A DNA stretch of 64,000 nt, taken from the NCBI RefSeq assembly GCF_988243305.1, contig NZ_OZ547136.1. One strand, given 5' to 3'. The notes under the pieces are model-generated. The model had not been told where the DNA came from, did no database searches, and was given only the letters and a program-made list of their open reading frames with translations. Made by a program: the position numbers and the translations under genes. Every line of letters begins with the position of its first letter. Position 1 is the stretch's first letter. Below, piece after piece: positions 10,407-21,325 of the stretch.

Positions 10407-11390
10407 TTACCTTCCCGCTCTCCAGGCCACATCCCGCAGCGCCGATCGCGCAGCCTCACTGATACCACCTAACTGAAAAAATCCGTGGATAACGCCAAGG
10501 TAGCGTTGGCAGGTGCATTGCACTCCTTGCCCTGTCATGCGGTGATACAACGCTTCACCTTCATCGCAAAGTGGGTCGTATTCAGCGGTAATGATATGTA
10601 CAGGTGGCAAGCCATTGAAATCATCGCGCCAAAGAGGGCTGGCTTCAGGATGCCTGCGTTCAATGCCTGGCAGATACATCTCAAAGCCGCTCAGTAAAGT
10701 GTCGCGTGTGATGATGTAATCGTGACCATTGCGTATGTAGCTTTCGAAATGCGCAGTCGCATCAAGCATGGGATAAATTAAGATGAGTTGTGCCGGTTGC
10801 CACTCGCCAGCACGCTTTAATCGCAAAGCAGTTACCAGCGCCAGATGTCCGCCCGCACTGTCACCGGCAAGAGTTATCCGTTGTTTATCAACGCCGAGTC
10901 GTTCGGCGTGTTGCCAGACTAATTCTGCACCTCGTTGTGCATCATCATGGGCGGCGGGGAAAGTCTGTTCCGGTGCCAGCCGATACTGGACGGCAATAAC
11001 CCGACATTGCCCGTAATAGGCTAACTGGCGCAGCTGGTTGTCGTGAGTTGCGAACCCGCCGCTAACAAAACAGCCACCGTAGTAATAAATTATCGTCGGG
11101 AGTAATGTCGGGGCATTCAGCGGTGACACTATTCGTAAGATCATCCCTTCAAGTTCGATAGTCTGAATATCTACCCGCGTTTCTGTCTCACCCGCAAGGA
11201 CAGCGCTGGCGATATAGCCCTCCCTGCGCTGCGCAATACTTTGTTGACGCGATGAGGGGCGACCCGCAGCGATAAACTCTTCGACTAACTCTGCAATTCC
11301 TTTTTCCAGTGCCATAGTAGAACTCATTTTGCTGTATGAATGTACAGTTTTATACACCCGTTTTTGCTGGATGGATACAGGGAAATTCAC
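10407..11390 (-). CDS. Alpha/beta-hydrolase fold-3 esterase/lipase (Aes-like)
   Basis: YGGCFVSGG oxyanion region and GDSAGG nucleophile-elbow motif; 327 aa. Confidence 0.8.
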   Translation of the reverse strand: MNFPVSIQQKRVYKTVHSYSKMSSTMALEKGIAELVEEFIAAGRPSSRQQSIAQRREGYIASAVLAGETETRVDIQTIELEGMILRIVSPLNAPTLLPTIIYYYGGCFVSGGFATHDNQLRQLAYYGQCRVIAVQYRLAPEQTFPAAHDDAQRGAELVWQHAERLGVDKQRITLAGDSAGGHLALVTALRLKRAGEWQPAQLILIYPMLDATAHFESYIRNGHDYIITRDTLLSGFEMYLPGIERRHPEASPLWRDDFNGLPPVHIITAEYDPLCDEGEALYHRMTGQGVQCTCQRYLGVIHGFFQLGGISEAARSALRDVAWRAGR

Positions 11391-11412
11391 GGGCGTGAAA
11401 AATCTGGAAAGC

Positions 11413-11435
11413 GCCTCGCAAATGTAAAGACAAAC
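11413..11435 (+). promoter_or_regulatory. Shared upstream motif (TGGAAAGCGCCTCGCAAA) copy 1, upstream of higB-like gene
   Basis: Motif recurs at ~13086-13109 and ~13525-13548 upstream of yiiE and yiiF. Confidence 0.4.
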
Positions 11436-11543
11436 CCGGCAGAGACGTGGTTTTGCTGGAGCACTATCAGTAAGCTAGTGGTTTCAAGGGTGCGTCAATG
11501 ACGTACAAAAAGGATTGTTACTCTAAGCCAATGGCGTATAATT

Positions 11544-11855
11544 ATGCTCTTCATCGAAACGGAAATTTTTACTGAAGATGTTCAAAAACTGCTGACCGAC
11601 GATGAATTCAGTCGTTTTCAGTTTTTCCTGGCCTTGAATCCTGACTATGGTGAGGTAATACCTGAAACTGGTGGGTTAAGAAAGGTTCGATGGGTGTCAG
11701 GAGGAAAGGGGAAACGTGCTGGTGTCAGGGTTATTTACTTTCATCAGGTTAAACATTATGAGATCAGATTACTGCTTATTTATCGTAAGGGTATTAAAGA
11801 TGATCTGTCTCCCCAGGAAAAAGCAATGCTCCGGTTGTTAAATACGAGGTGGTAA
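11544..11855 (+). CDS. RelE/HigB-family type II toxin
   Basis: 103-aa ORF; toxin-first gene order; stop of toxin abuts start of downstream HTH gene. Confidence 0.65.
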   Translation: MLFIETEIFTEDVQKLLTDDEFSRFQFFLALNPDYGEVIPETGGLRKVRWVSGGKGKRAGVRVIYFHQVKHYEIRLLLIYRKGIKDDLSPQEKAMLRLLNTRW

Positions 11856-12146
11856 ATGGATAAGGCACTTTTTGAGCGGTTGACTCACAGCATGGCCCAG
11901 ATGAATGAAATTATTGAAGGAACGCGACACCCTTCACGGACTTTTGAAGTTGATGCTATGAAAATCAAAGAAATACGCCGCGCTTCAGGGTTGTCACAAT
12001 CTAAATTTGCCGAACTTATTTCCGTAAGCGTAGACACGTTGCGTAACTGGGAGCAGGGGCGACGTTCACCGACTGGGCCTGCAAAGGCTTTGCTGCGAGC
12101 GATTGCCAATGATCCGCAACATGTGCTGCAGGCACTTAACCGTTAG
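11856..12146 (+). CDS. HigA-like XRE-family HTH antitoxin
   Basis: 96-aa ORF with HTH (SQSKFAELISVSVDTLRNWEQGRR); immediately follows toxin. Confidence 0.65.
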   Translation: MDKALFERLTHSMAQMNEIIEGTRHPSRTFEVDAMKIKEIRRASGLSQSKFAELISVSVDTLRNWEQGRRSPTGPAKALLRAIANDPQHVLQALNR

Positions 12147-12222
12147 AGGCATGGTTATGCCATACAGAAAGCACCAGCATTCAGAACTCCTATGAAAGCG
12201 GCATAGTGCCGCCTGCTCAGGA
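12146..12222. repeat. ~80-bp repeat copy B (degenerate hairpin)
   Basis: Direct repeat of 10328-10406 (gccatacagaaagcaccagcattcagaactcct.tgaaagcggcatagtgccgc). Confidence 0.7.
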
Positions 12223-12230
12223 GTTTTACT

Positions 12231-12443
12231 ATGACCCGTAATCGTGCTGAACGTCGCCATCATATGGCGCGATTAAAAAAAATCCGCTGCCGTTATCGCA
12301 CTGCAGGCGATGGAAGCAAAAAAGCATCAGGTATTTGCTTTCGTACTCCCTGTATTTGTTCTTGTTGGATGTGTGGGCATCGACGCTATCATAATGGTCC
12401 CCGCGTATCGGAAATTCGAGCAAAAGCACGCTATGCGAATTAA
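12231..12443 (+). CDS. Hypothetical small basic Cys-rich protein (70 aa)
   Basis: ATG with SD (caggag) contributed by repeat copy B; no recognisable family. Confidence 0.3.
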   Translation: MTRNRAERRHHMARLKKIRCRYRTAGDGSKKASGICFRTPCICSCWMCGHRRYHNGPRVSEIRAKARYAN

Positions 12444-12504
12444 GGGAAAATGATGAACTATTTTAAGGAAGCACATTTTTAGAACTCTTAACAGGAGACT
12501 AAAA

Positions 12505-12783
12505 ATGTCCACGCTTAATACGCGTAAAGATAGGGATCGTAATGGTAAAGCGAAGCTGCATAATCATTCAGGGATCCCAACACTTACAGGTAAATGGCGT
12601 CACCCTTCAATGGATTGTTGGGTAAACTACAGTACACCGGGCGATCATGAATGGAAGCGGCTCTATACTACGCTTCGCCGTCGCGCAGATGATCGACGCC
12701 AATGTCATCGGGTAATGCAGGGGGATGATCCAGAAGGAATCGTCTGGTTCCCGGACTGTTATCCACAAATTTACTACTACTAA
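12505..12783 (+). CDS. Hypothetical protein (92 aa)
   Basis: ATG preceded by AGGAGA at optimal spacing; no recognisable family. Confidence 0.35.
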   Translation: MSTLNTRKDRDRNGKAKLHNHSGIPTLTGKWRHPSMDCWVNYSTPGDHEWKRLYTTLRRRADDRRQCHRVMQGDDPEGIVWFPDCYPQIYYY

Positions 12784-13201
12784 CAATTAAAGACCGGTTG
12801 GTGCGGCACTGACCGGTCAGTTATGAATGGTAGATTTCACCTTAAACCCTGGTGCGGTAAAGCTGCTGACTTTTTCGGGTACACCATCCTGATGAAGCAA
12901 ATGAACACCCAATCAAAAAAATATTCTTGAATATAAAATATTTATAGCACCCATAATTCATCCTTATTATTTATTGTTTCTTTTCTGTAGATGTGTCCCC
13001 GCTTAATTAAAAGTAATAAACCATCCTGGGTTATTACTAAACCATTTTTGAGTAACAATTGAAATAACTGCAACTGTTACATTATCTTTGGATGCCGTCT
13101 CGCAAAAACAAAACAGCATGCAAAAATCCGCTTTTTTTAAATGATTTTTCGGCGTAATTTTCGCACATACATTAATGAGTAATATATGTAAGGTGGTGGT
13201 A

Positions 13202-13420
13202 ATGGCGATGAATACGGTTTTTCTTCATTTATCAGAAGAGGCAATTAAACGGCTGAACAAGCTTAGGGGCTGGCGTAAGGTTTCACGATCTGCAATTTTA
13301 CGCGAAGCGGTAGAGCAATATCTGGAACGTCAGAAATTCCCGGTGCGTAAAGCAAAGGGAGGCAGGCAAAAGGGGGAGGTAGTTGGTGTTGATGATCAGT
13401 GTAAGAAGCATAAGGAATGA
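13202..13420 (+). CDS. yiiE: CopG/ribbon-helix-helix family protein YiiE
   Basis: 72-aa product from MAMNTVF; RHH-like N-terminus; synteny. Confidence 0.75.
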   Translation: MAMNTVFLHLSEEAIKRLNKLRGWRKVSRSAILREAVEQYLERQKFPVRKAKGGRQKGEVVGVDDQCKKHKE

Positions 13421-13662
13421 CAAAAATTTTTCATTCTTGAATATAAAAAAACAGATGCCCTTATTCTGGTATTAATACAAGGCTGTTTTACTTGAACTTA
13501 TAATAACTGCAACTGTTACATCATATCTGGAAAACGCCTCGCAAAAATAAAAAATGATGCGTAAATGAGCTTTCTTTAAAGATTCGGCAAGGGTACTTTT
13601 CTCTCCATAGATTCAAAAATGATATTGGCGAGATATTTATGAACTCTCTGGCAGGTATAGAT

Positions 13663-13881
13663 ATGGGCAGAATTTTACTCGATTTATCGAATGAGTTGTT
13701 TAAGCAACTTGATGATCTCGAGGTGCAGCGTAATCTTCCTCGTGCGGAGCTATTACGGGAAGCGGTAGATCAATACCTGGTAAATCAATCGCAAACAGCA
13801 AGAGCCAGTGCTTTTGGCATCTGGCAAGGGAGTGAGGAAGATGGTGTCGAATACCAGCGTAAGCTGCGCGAGGAATGGTAA
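13663..13881 (+). CDS. yiiF: CopG/ribbon-helix-helix family protein YiiF
   Basis: 72-aa product from MGRILLD; paralogous to yiiE including upstream region. Confidence 0.75.
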   Translation: MGRILLDLSNELFKQLDDLEVQRNLPRAELLREAVDQYLVNQSQTARASAFGIWQGSEEDGVEYQRKLREEW

Positions 13882-14062
13882 TGGCAAAAAGATTTGGCTA
13901 TTTGATATCGATATTGTTATCGATTTGTTCAGTGTGAAAATTGAGGCAAAACAGGCACTGGCAGCATAGCTTGAGGTGGTAACGCGGAATAAGAGAGATG
14001 GTGTCGTCACACCCTATGAACTGTAATCCGGGCGACCTGCGCCACCCGGAAAACGTCAGAGA

Positions 14063-14992
14063 TTACTCCCCTTCACCCGGGAACAGGAACGGGTTGATGG
14101 AACTGCGGGCGTAGCCTTCTTGCTCCATTCGCGCGTCCAGTACCAGAGAGGCGAGGTCATCTGCCACGGCTTCAACTTTCGGTTCTTTTTCCTGATAAAG
14201 AATCTTCAGGTAAGTGCCGCAGTCATCGCAGCTTTCGGCTTTAATCGCGGCCTGTTCGTCATCCAGCGACCAGTAATGCAGTTTGCCGCTCTGTTCACAG
14301 TTGCTGCATTTTACGCGCACCACGTGCCATTCGGTTTCACACAGGTTGCAGTGCAGGTAACGCAGCCCCTGAGTGGTGCCAATTTGCACCATGCTGGACA
14401 CCGGCATAGAGCCACATACCGGGCAATATTGACGTTGTTCGCCGTATTCAGCGCGGGCTTTGCCGGGGATCAGATTAGCCATCTGCGCCCAGTAGAGCGA
14501 CAGCGCAGCCCAGATAAACGGCGCTTTATCGCTACTGACGGATGAGAAATCAGAGGCAAACAGTGCGCTGGCCATATCTTCCAGCTCCTGGGTCGATGCC
14601 TTCTCCAGATTCTCAATCACTGCCAGCGCCGGGCCGCTCATTTCAGGTTTCAGCTCAGCAATCAGCGCCATCAGCAGCTTTTGCCAGTGCTTATCACGCG
14701 GCAGAACGTGAATATCCAGCGGGGGCTTGCCCTGTGCGCTGGCTTCTTTAATGCGTGCAGTCAGATCCATCTCCAGCGGATGGTCGTACAGCACCACTTC
14801 CTGGGCGTGGGCGATAAGCGCAGCAAAGCGCAGGTAATCACCCAGCGGATTATTTTCTGCCAGCTCGCGCAGACGCTCGGCGCGGCGGTTGTATAAATTC
14901 TTGAGCCGAGGGAACAATAACGGCGGAATCATATCCGCCGTACGTTTCTCGCTCGAACCCAGCTCATCTTGCGGGATTATGCGAATACTCAT
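14063..14992 (-). CDS. fdhE: Formate dehydrogenase accessory protein FdhE
   Basis: 309 aa with multiple CxxC pairs; synteny with fdoGHI. Confidence 0.9.
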   Translation of the reverse strand: MSIRIIPQDELGSSEKRTADMIPPLLFPRLKNLYNRRAERLRELAENNPLGDYLRFAALIAHAQEVVLYDHPLEMDLTARIKEASAQGKPPLDIHVLPRDKHWQKLLMALIAELKPEMSGPALAVIENLEKASTQELEDMASALFASDFSSVSSDKAPFIWAALSLYWAQMANLIPGKARAEYGEQRQYCPVCGSMPVSSMVQIGTTQGLRYLHCNLCETEWHVVRVKCSNCEQSGKLHYWSLDDEQAAIKAESCDDCGTYLKILYQEKEPKVEAVADDLASLVLDARMEQEGYARSSINPFLFPGEGE

Positions 14993-15624
14993 TCAGCTTT
15001 CTTTTCCGTTGTCTTGCGGACCTCACGGTACCAGCGCGGGTGATGTTTCTTCGCCCAGGCGCTGGTAACCCATCCTTCCACCATGGCGGTAATAGTGCCT
15101 TTCACCCAAAGGGCGGCGTAGATATGCACCATGATAACCACAATTAACGCCACTGCGGCAAATGAATGCAGCATTAACGCGAATCGGATCACCGGGATTG
15201 AGAAAGCAGGCGCAAAATAAGGACGCCAGATAATCACGCCGCTCACCAGCAGCAGAACCAGGAAAATAATCGCCGCCCAGAAAACGCATTTCTGACCGAA
15301 GTTATAACGCCCGGTGTCACCTACTTCCTCGTTGACGACGATCTTACGAATATTCTTCGCCCAAAAGATATCATCCCGATTGATTAGGTTGTGATGCCAG
15401 TAACGGAAAAACATGATGATGAACGAGGCAAACATAACCACGCCGACAAACGGGTGCAGAATTCGCGCCAGCTGCGGTGTGCCCATGATTTGCATCAACC
15501 AGTTGAAGGACGGGAACAAAAAGCCCAGCCCGCTCACCGCCGCCAGGATGAAGCAGAAGGCGGTGATCCAGTGGTTGATACGTTCCGGCGCGGTGTAGCG
15601 CACGATGGTGTCACGTCGTTTCAT
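14989..15624 (-). CDS. fdoI: Formate dehydrogenase-O cytochrome b556 subunit
   Basis: 211-aa hydrophobic ORF; overlaps fdhE start and fdoH stop. Confidence 0.9.
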
Positions 15625-16523
15625 TTGCGCTCCTCGTCTTTCTCTTCGTGCAGATTATTCTCTTCCTCATCCGCACGGTTCGGACCGACACCCACGTAGT
15701 GGAAGATACTGGCTGCGAAGGTAGCCGCAAAGCCAACAGCTGCGAGCGGTTTCCAGATGCCTTTCCAGAATTTCACGGTTTCGCTGATTTCCGGGTTCTC
15801 CGGCAAGCCATGATACAGATTTGGCTTGTCAGCATGGTGCAGCACGTACATAACGTGTGTACCACCAACGCCTGCCGGATCGTACAGACCCGCATTGTCG
15901 TAACCGCGAGTTTTCAGCTCCGCCACGCGCTCGCTCGCCAGCGTTTTCATCGACTCTTTCGTACCGAAGTGAATCGCGCCCGTTGGGCAGGTCTTCACGC
16001 AGGCCGGTTCTTGCCCAACCACCACGCGGTCAACGCACAGCGTACATTTGTAGACGCGGTTGTCTTCCGGGTTGAGGCGCGGAATGTCGAACGGACAGCC
16101 CGCAATGCAATAACCGCAGCCGATGCACTGCTCGGACTGGAAGTCGACGATACCGTTGGCATACTGAATAATTGCTCCTTCCGCCGGGCACGCTTTCAGG
16201 CAGCCTGGATCGGAACAGTGCATACAGCCGTCTTTGCGGATCAGCCATTCCAGTTTGTCGTTCTGTTCCACTTCCGAGAAGCGCATCACCGTCCACGATT
16301 TGGCACTTAAATCATTGGGGTTGTCGTACACCCCAATGTTATTGCCGACGGTATCGCGAATGTCGTTCCACTCTGAACACGCCACCTGACAGGCTTTACA
16401 GCCGATACAGGTGGTGACGTCGATGAGTTTCGCCACTTCTTCCTGGAAGTCCCGCGCCTGAGGCGCGGGGGTCAGACCGTTAGTCGCGGAACGACGAATG
16501 ATATCTTGAGATTGATAAGCCAT
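15621..16523 (-). CDS. fdoH: Formate dehydrogenase-O iron-sulfur subunit
   Basis: 300 aa with four ferredoxin-type Cys clusters (CxxCxxCxxxCP). Confidence 0.9.
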
Positions 16524-16535
16524 ATGTCGTCTCCG

Positions 16536-19500
16536 TTACACCTTTTCCACATTCACAAGGAAGGACTTAAACTCTGGCGTCTGCGTGTTCGCATCACCAA
16601 CGAATGGCGTTAACGTATTGGCAATAAAGCCTTTTTTCGCAACACCTTCATAGCCCCAGTGAATCGGAATACCGATGGTATCGATATCTTTGCCGTTCGC
16701 TTTCAGCGTGCGAATACGTTTGGTCACCACCGCTTTGGCTTTGATATAGCCACGGTTGGAGGAGACTTTCACTGTATCGCCCTGGGCAATGCCAAGTTTA
16801 TTCGCCAGCGACTCACCGATTTCCACAAACTGCTCTGGTTGCAAAATCGCGTTCAACAGCGCGTGTTTGGTCCAGTAGTGGAAGTGCTCGGTCAGACGAT
16901 AGGTGGTTCCGACATACGGGAACTTATCGGCTTTACCCAATGCTTCGGCGTCGTCTTTAAAGATACGTGCAGCCGGGTTCGAGATAACGTTTGGATGCAG
17001 CGGGTTAGTTCCCAGCGGCGTTTCAAACGGCTCGTAGTGTTCCGGGAACGGACCTTCCGCCATCTTATCGAGGGCAAACAGACGCCCCATGCCTTCCTGC
17101 TGCATGATAAACGGCCCGACGCCGCTACCCGGAGGTGCTGCGCTGTAGTCCGGAATATCCCAGCCGGTCCACTTAGTGCCGTCCCATTTCAGCAACTGAC
17201 GCTTCGGATCCCACGGGTTACCCTGCGGATCTGCGGAGGCGCGGTTATACAGAATGCGGCGGTTAAGCGGCCATGCCCATGCCCAGCCCAGCGTGTTACC
17301 GAGGCCAGACGGATCGGCGTTATCACGACGCGCCATCTGGTTACCTTCTGGCGTCCAGCTACCGGCGAAAATCCAGCAGCCACAGGAGGTCGTACCGTCA
17401 TCGCGCAGTTGGGCGAACGAGCTAAGTTGTTGGCCTTTCTTGACGATAACCGCACCGGTTGCCGGATCGGTAATATCGGCCAGCGCCTTACCGTTGCTCT
17501 CCATCGCCACTTCTTCCGACTTCGGCTCATGCGGGATGGCGTAGTTCCAGGTCATGTTCAGCACCTGGTCCGGGTTCGCGCCACCCTGTTCGGCATACAT
17601 CTTGCGCAAGCGCAGGAAGATACCGGAGAGGATCTCGCCATCAGTCAGCGCAATCCCCGGGGCGTCCGCACCTTTCCAGTGCCACTGCAACCAGCGACCG
17701 GAGTTAACTATTGAACCGTTCTCTTCCGCGAAGCAGGTCGATGGCAGACGGAACACTTCGGTCTGGATCTTCGACGAGTCAACTTCGTTCAGCTCACCGT
17801 GGTTCTGCCAGAAGTTAGAGGTTTCAGTGTTCAGCGGGTCGATGGTGACGAGGAACTTCAGTTTCGACAGACAACCGATCACTTTGTTTTTGTTCGGGAA
17901 TGAGGCAACAGGGTTAAAGCCCTGGCAGATATAGCCATTGACTTTGCCCTCTTTCATCATCTCGAAGTATTGCAGGACGTCGTAGCCTTTATCCCACTTC
18001 GGCAACCAATCAAAGCCCCAGCTGTTTTCTGCCGTCGCTTTATCACCAAAGAAGGCCTTCATCATGGAGACGAAGAATTTCGGGTAATTGCCCCAGTAGT
18101 TAACCTGGCCTTCCAGCAGCGGTTTCGGCGTGTTGGCGGCAAGGTAGGTTTGCAGATCGGTCTGCTTCTCGCTTGGCAGCGTCATGTAACCTGGCAGGCT
18201 CTGCGACAGCAGCCCCAGGTCGGTCAGCCCCTGAATATTGGAGTGACCGCGCAGGGCGTTAACGCCGCCGCCAGCCATCCCCATATTGCCGAGCAGCAGC
18301 TGGATCATCGCCATCGTACGAATGTTTTGCGCACCAATGGAGTGTTGCGTCCAGCCGAGGGCGTAGAGGAACGACGCTGTTTTATCGTGAGCACTGGTTT
18401 CGGCGATGTATTCGCAGACTTTCAGGAACGCGTCTTTTGGCGTACCGCAGATGTTTTCAACCACATCTGGCGTATAACGGGAAACGTGCTGTTTCAGCAA
18501 GTTCCACACGCAACGCGGATGTTGCAGCGTGGTATCGCGTTTGGCGAAGCCGTTTTCGTCCAGTTCGTAAGTCCAGGAGGATTTATCGTACTTGCGTTTT
18601 TCCGCGTCGTAGCCGGTGAACAGGCCATCTTCAAAGCCGTAATCCTCACGCACGATCAGGCTGGCGTTGGTATAGGCCTCGGTGTATTCGCGGTTGAATT
18701 TTTCATTGTTCAGCAGGTACAGCAATACGCCTGACAGGAAAGCAATGTCAGTCCCGGAACGAATAGGGGCATAGTAGTCAGCCACCGCCGCCGTACGCGT
18801 AAAGCGAGGATCGATCACAATCAGCTTCGCGCCGTTGTGAATTTTGGCTTCCATCGCCCAGCGGAACCCGACCGGGTGAGCTTCAGCGGCATTACCGCCC
18901 ATCACCACGACGAGGTTGGCGTTCTTGATGTCGACCCAGTGGTTGGTCATCGCACCGCGACCAAATGTTGGAGCAAGACTTGCTACCGTTGGTCCGTGTC
19001 AGACACGCGCCTGGTTGTCGACCGCGAGCATCCCCAGCGCGCGGGAGAATTTTTGCGTTAAATAGCCGGTTTCGTTACTCGACGCGGAAGCACACAGCAT
19101 CCCGGTGGAGAGCCAGCGGTTAACGGTCACGCCTTCGGCGTTTTGCGCAATGTAGTTAGCATCGCGGTCTTCTTTCATCAGTTTGGCGATGCGATCAAAC
19201 GCCTCTTCCCAACTGATTTGCTGCCATTTATCAGAACCTGGCGCACGGTATTCCGGAAACTTCAGACGGCTTTCGGAGTGGATGAAATCCACCAGGCCAG
19301 CGCCTTTCGGACAAAGTGCACCGCGGTTGACCGGGTGATCCGGATCGCCTTCGATATGGAAGATAGATGCTTTGGCGTTTTTTGCTCCGTCACCGAGGCT
19401 GTACATCAACAGCCCACAGCCTACGGAACAATAGGTGCAGGTATTACGGGTTTCGCGGGTGCGCAGCAGTTTATACTGCCGGGTTTCCGCGAGTGCTACG

Positions 19501-19586
19501 CTGGGTGCAAAACCCAGTGCCGCTGCCGTGGTGCCTGCCATACCGCCAGCGCAGATCTTAAAGAACTGCCTTCTGCTGACCTGCAT
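16536..19586 (-). CDS. fdoG: Formate dehydrogenase-O catalytic subunit (selenoprotein; UGA at 18999-19001 read as Sec)
   Basis: ORF-track ORFs 18999..19586 and 16536..18950 are in the same frame, separated only by TGA; Tat signal SRRQFFK at N-terminus; sequence DNQARV-U-HGPTVASLAPTFGRGAMTNHW. Confidence 0.9.
18945..19001 (-). other. Selenocysteine UGA codon plus downstream SECIS-like hairpin
   Basis: mRNA immediately 3' of UGA: GGACCAACGGUAGCAAGUCUUGCUCCAACAUUUGGUC can fold as stem-loop. Confidence 0.6.
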
Positions 19587-19779
19587 GGATTGCTCCTTGT
19601 TTCGACATTGTCACGTCCCATTTACATTCGCTTGCTGCGTGTGCAGGGAGTGGGAGTTATTTTTCTTTGCGGAAGGGGCCGCAAAGGTCCAGAATTGGCT
19701 CAATTTCCCTCCATCCAGGAAGGGTTTGTAACAGAATACCATAATGTTGGTGTGTGTGTTCTTATCTGGTTAAGAGAAA

Positions 19780-20613
19780 GTGAAAAAAACACAGCAAAAA
19801 GAAATCGAAAATGTGACAAATATCACAGGTGTTCGTCAAATTGAGTTATGGCGGCGTGATGATTTACAACACCCACGGTTAGATGAGGTCGCGGAAGAAG
19901 TTCCCGTTGCGCTGGTCTACAACGGCATTTCGCATGTAGTGATGATGGCGTCGCCCAAAGACCTTGAGTACTTTGCGCTCGGTTTTTCGCTTTCCGAGGG
20001 GATAATAGAAAGTCCGCGCGATATCTTCGGCATGGATGTCGTTCCATCCTGTAATGGTCTTGAAGTACAAATTGAGCTTTCCAGCCGCCGCTTTATGGGG
20101 TTGAAGGAGCGCCGCCGGGCGCTGGCGGGACGTACGGGCTGTGGCGTATGCGGCGTGGAGCAACTTAATGACATCGGAAAACCGGTGCAGCCGCTACCGT
20201 TCACCCAGACGTTTGGTCTCAACAAACTGGATGATGCATTACGTCATCTCAACGATTTTCAGCCAGTGGGGCAGCTGACTGGTTGTACTCACGCCGCTGC
20301 CTGGATGTTGCCATCTGGCGAACTGGTCGGCGGGCATGAAGACGTGGGTCGCCATGTGGCGCTGGATAAACTGTTAGGCCGCCGGTCACAAGAAGGGGAA
20401 AGCTGGCAGCAAGGTGCGGTGCTGGTTTCCAGCCGTGCCAGTTATGAAATGGTGCAAAAGTCAGCGATGTGTGGCGTAGAGATTTTGTTTGCGGTGTCTG
20501 CCGCGACCACACTTGCTGTAGAAGTGGCTGAACGCTGTAATTTGACGCTGGTGGGCTTTTGTAAACCGGGCCGGGCAACGGTTTATACCCATCCGCAGCG
20601 TTTGAGCAATTAA
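19780..20613 (+). CDS. fdhD: Sulfurtransferase FdhD
   Basis: 277 aa; divergent from fdoG; synteny. Confidence 0.9.
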   Translation: MKKTQQKEIENVTNITGVRQIELWRRDDLQHPRLDEVAEEVPVALVYNGISHVVMMASPKDLEYFALGFSLSEGIIESPRDIFGMDVVPSCNGLEVQIELSSRRFMGLKERRRALAGRTGCGVCGVEQLNDIGKPVQPLPFTQTFGLNKLDDALRHLNDFQPVGQLTGCTHAAAWMLPSGELVGGHEDVGRHVALDKLLGRRSQEGESWQQGAVLVSSRASYEMVQKSAMCGVEILFAVSAATTLAVEVAERCNLTLVGFCKPGRATVYTHPQRLSN

Positions 20614-20621
20614 TTAAAATA

Positions 20622-20655
20622 AGTCCTGCGATATATATTAAATTGCAGGACTTAT
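20622..20655 (+). terminator. fdhD terminator hairpin (aagtcctgc...gcaggactt)
   Basis: 9-bp perfect stems flanking AT-rich loop, followed by T-rich run. Confidence 0.55.
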
Positions 20656-20662
20656 TCATTTC

Positions 20663-21325
20663 GTGAATTTTATTATTTTATTTATAGACAAAACGCATGT
20701 AGTGGCGTTAACGCCTGCGCTGCAACCTATTGATGGCGTGGCGGTGGGTTATATTGATGCTGCCGTGGCGTTGGGTAATACCATTAACGAAATGGATAAA
20801 TATTACACCCAGGAAAATTATAAAGACGATGCGTTTGCGAAAGGGAAAACGCTGCACCAGACATTCTTAAAAAATCTTGAAGCCTTTGAACCTGTAGCAG
20901 AATCTTATCATGCGGCGATTCAGGAAATTAACGATAAGCGCCAGCTTGCGGAACTGAAAAATATTGAACAAAGAGAAGGGAAAACATTCCACTACTACTC
21001 TCTGGCAGTCATGATTTCAGCGAAACAAATTAATAACCTGATTTCGCAAGAGAAGTTTGATGTTGATGCGGCAATGAAGAAAGTCTCTGAACTGGAAACG
21101 CTGGTGGCGCAGGCCAAAGAAGCGGATAAAGGCGGTATGAATTTCTCGTTCATTAATTCGGCAGACCAGTATCAACTCGAGGCTAAAAAATATGTTCGCC
21201 GCATCAGAGATAAAGTCCTGTACTCTGACTGGGATAAAGAGCAACTTCAGGACGCAAACTCAATCTGGATGGCCGAAGACTCATTTCCCGAGAGCATTAT
21301 GCGAGTACAACGAAATGGTCGATGA
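20663..21325 (+). CDS. yiiG: YiiG-like protein, apparently N-terminally truncated (possible pseudogene)
   Basis: Frame is closed by TAA at ~20639; ORF starts with GTG directly after fdhD terminator with no SD; K-12 YiiG recalled as ~351 aa. Confidence 0.45.
   Translation: MNFIILFIDKTHVVALTPALQPIDGVAVGYIDAAVALGNTINEMDKYYTQENYKDDAFAKGKTLHQTFLKNLEAFEPVAESYHAAIQEINDKRQLAELKNIEQREGKTFHYYSLAVMISAKQINNLISQEKFDVDAAMKKVSELETLVAQAKEADKGGMNFSFINSADQYQLEAKKYVRRIRDKVLYSDWDKEQLQDANSIWMAEDSFPESIMRVQRNGR

Noticed and set aside
16659-17714. 351-aa ORF on + strand
   Set aside because: Lies entirely antisense within fdoG; typical shadow ORF in a GC-rich coding region, no independent start signals.
16536-18950. 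804-aa ORF as an independent gene
   Set aside because: It is the C-terminal part of fdoG downstream of the in-frame Sec UGA; not a separate gene.
19143-19844. 233-aa ORF on + strand
   Set aside because: Antisense to the fdoG N-terminus and running through the fdoG/fdhD promoter region into fdhD; implausible.
20663-21325. Calling yiiG a definite pseudogene
   Set aside because: Full-length reference length is recalled from memory only; kept as a low-confidence CDS with truncation flagged rather than asserted.
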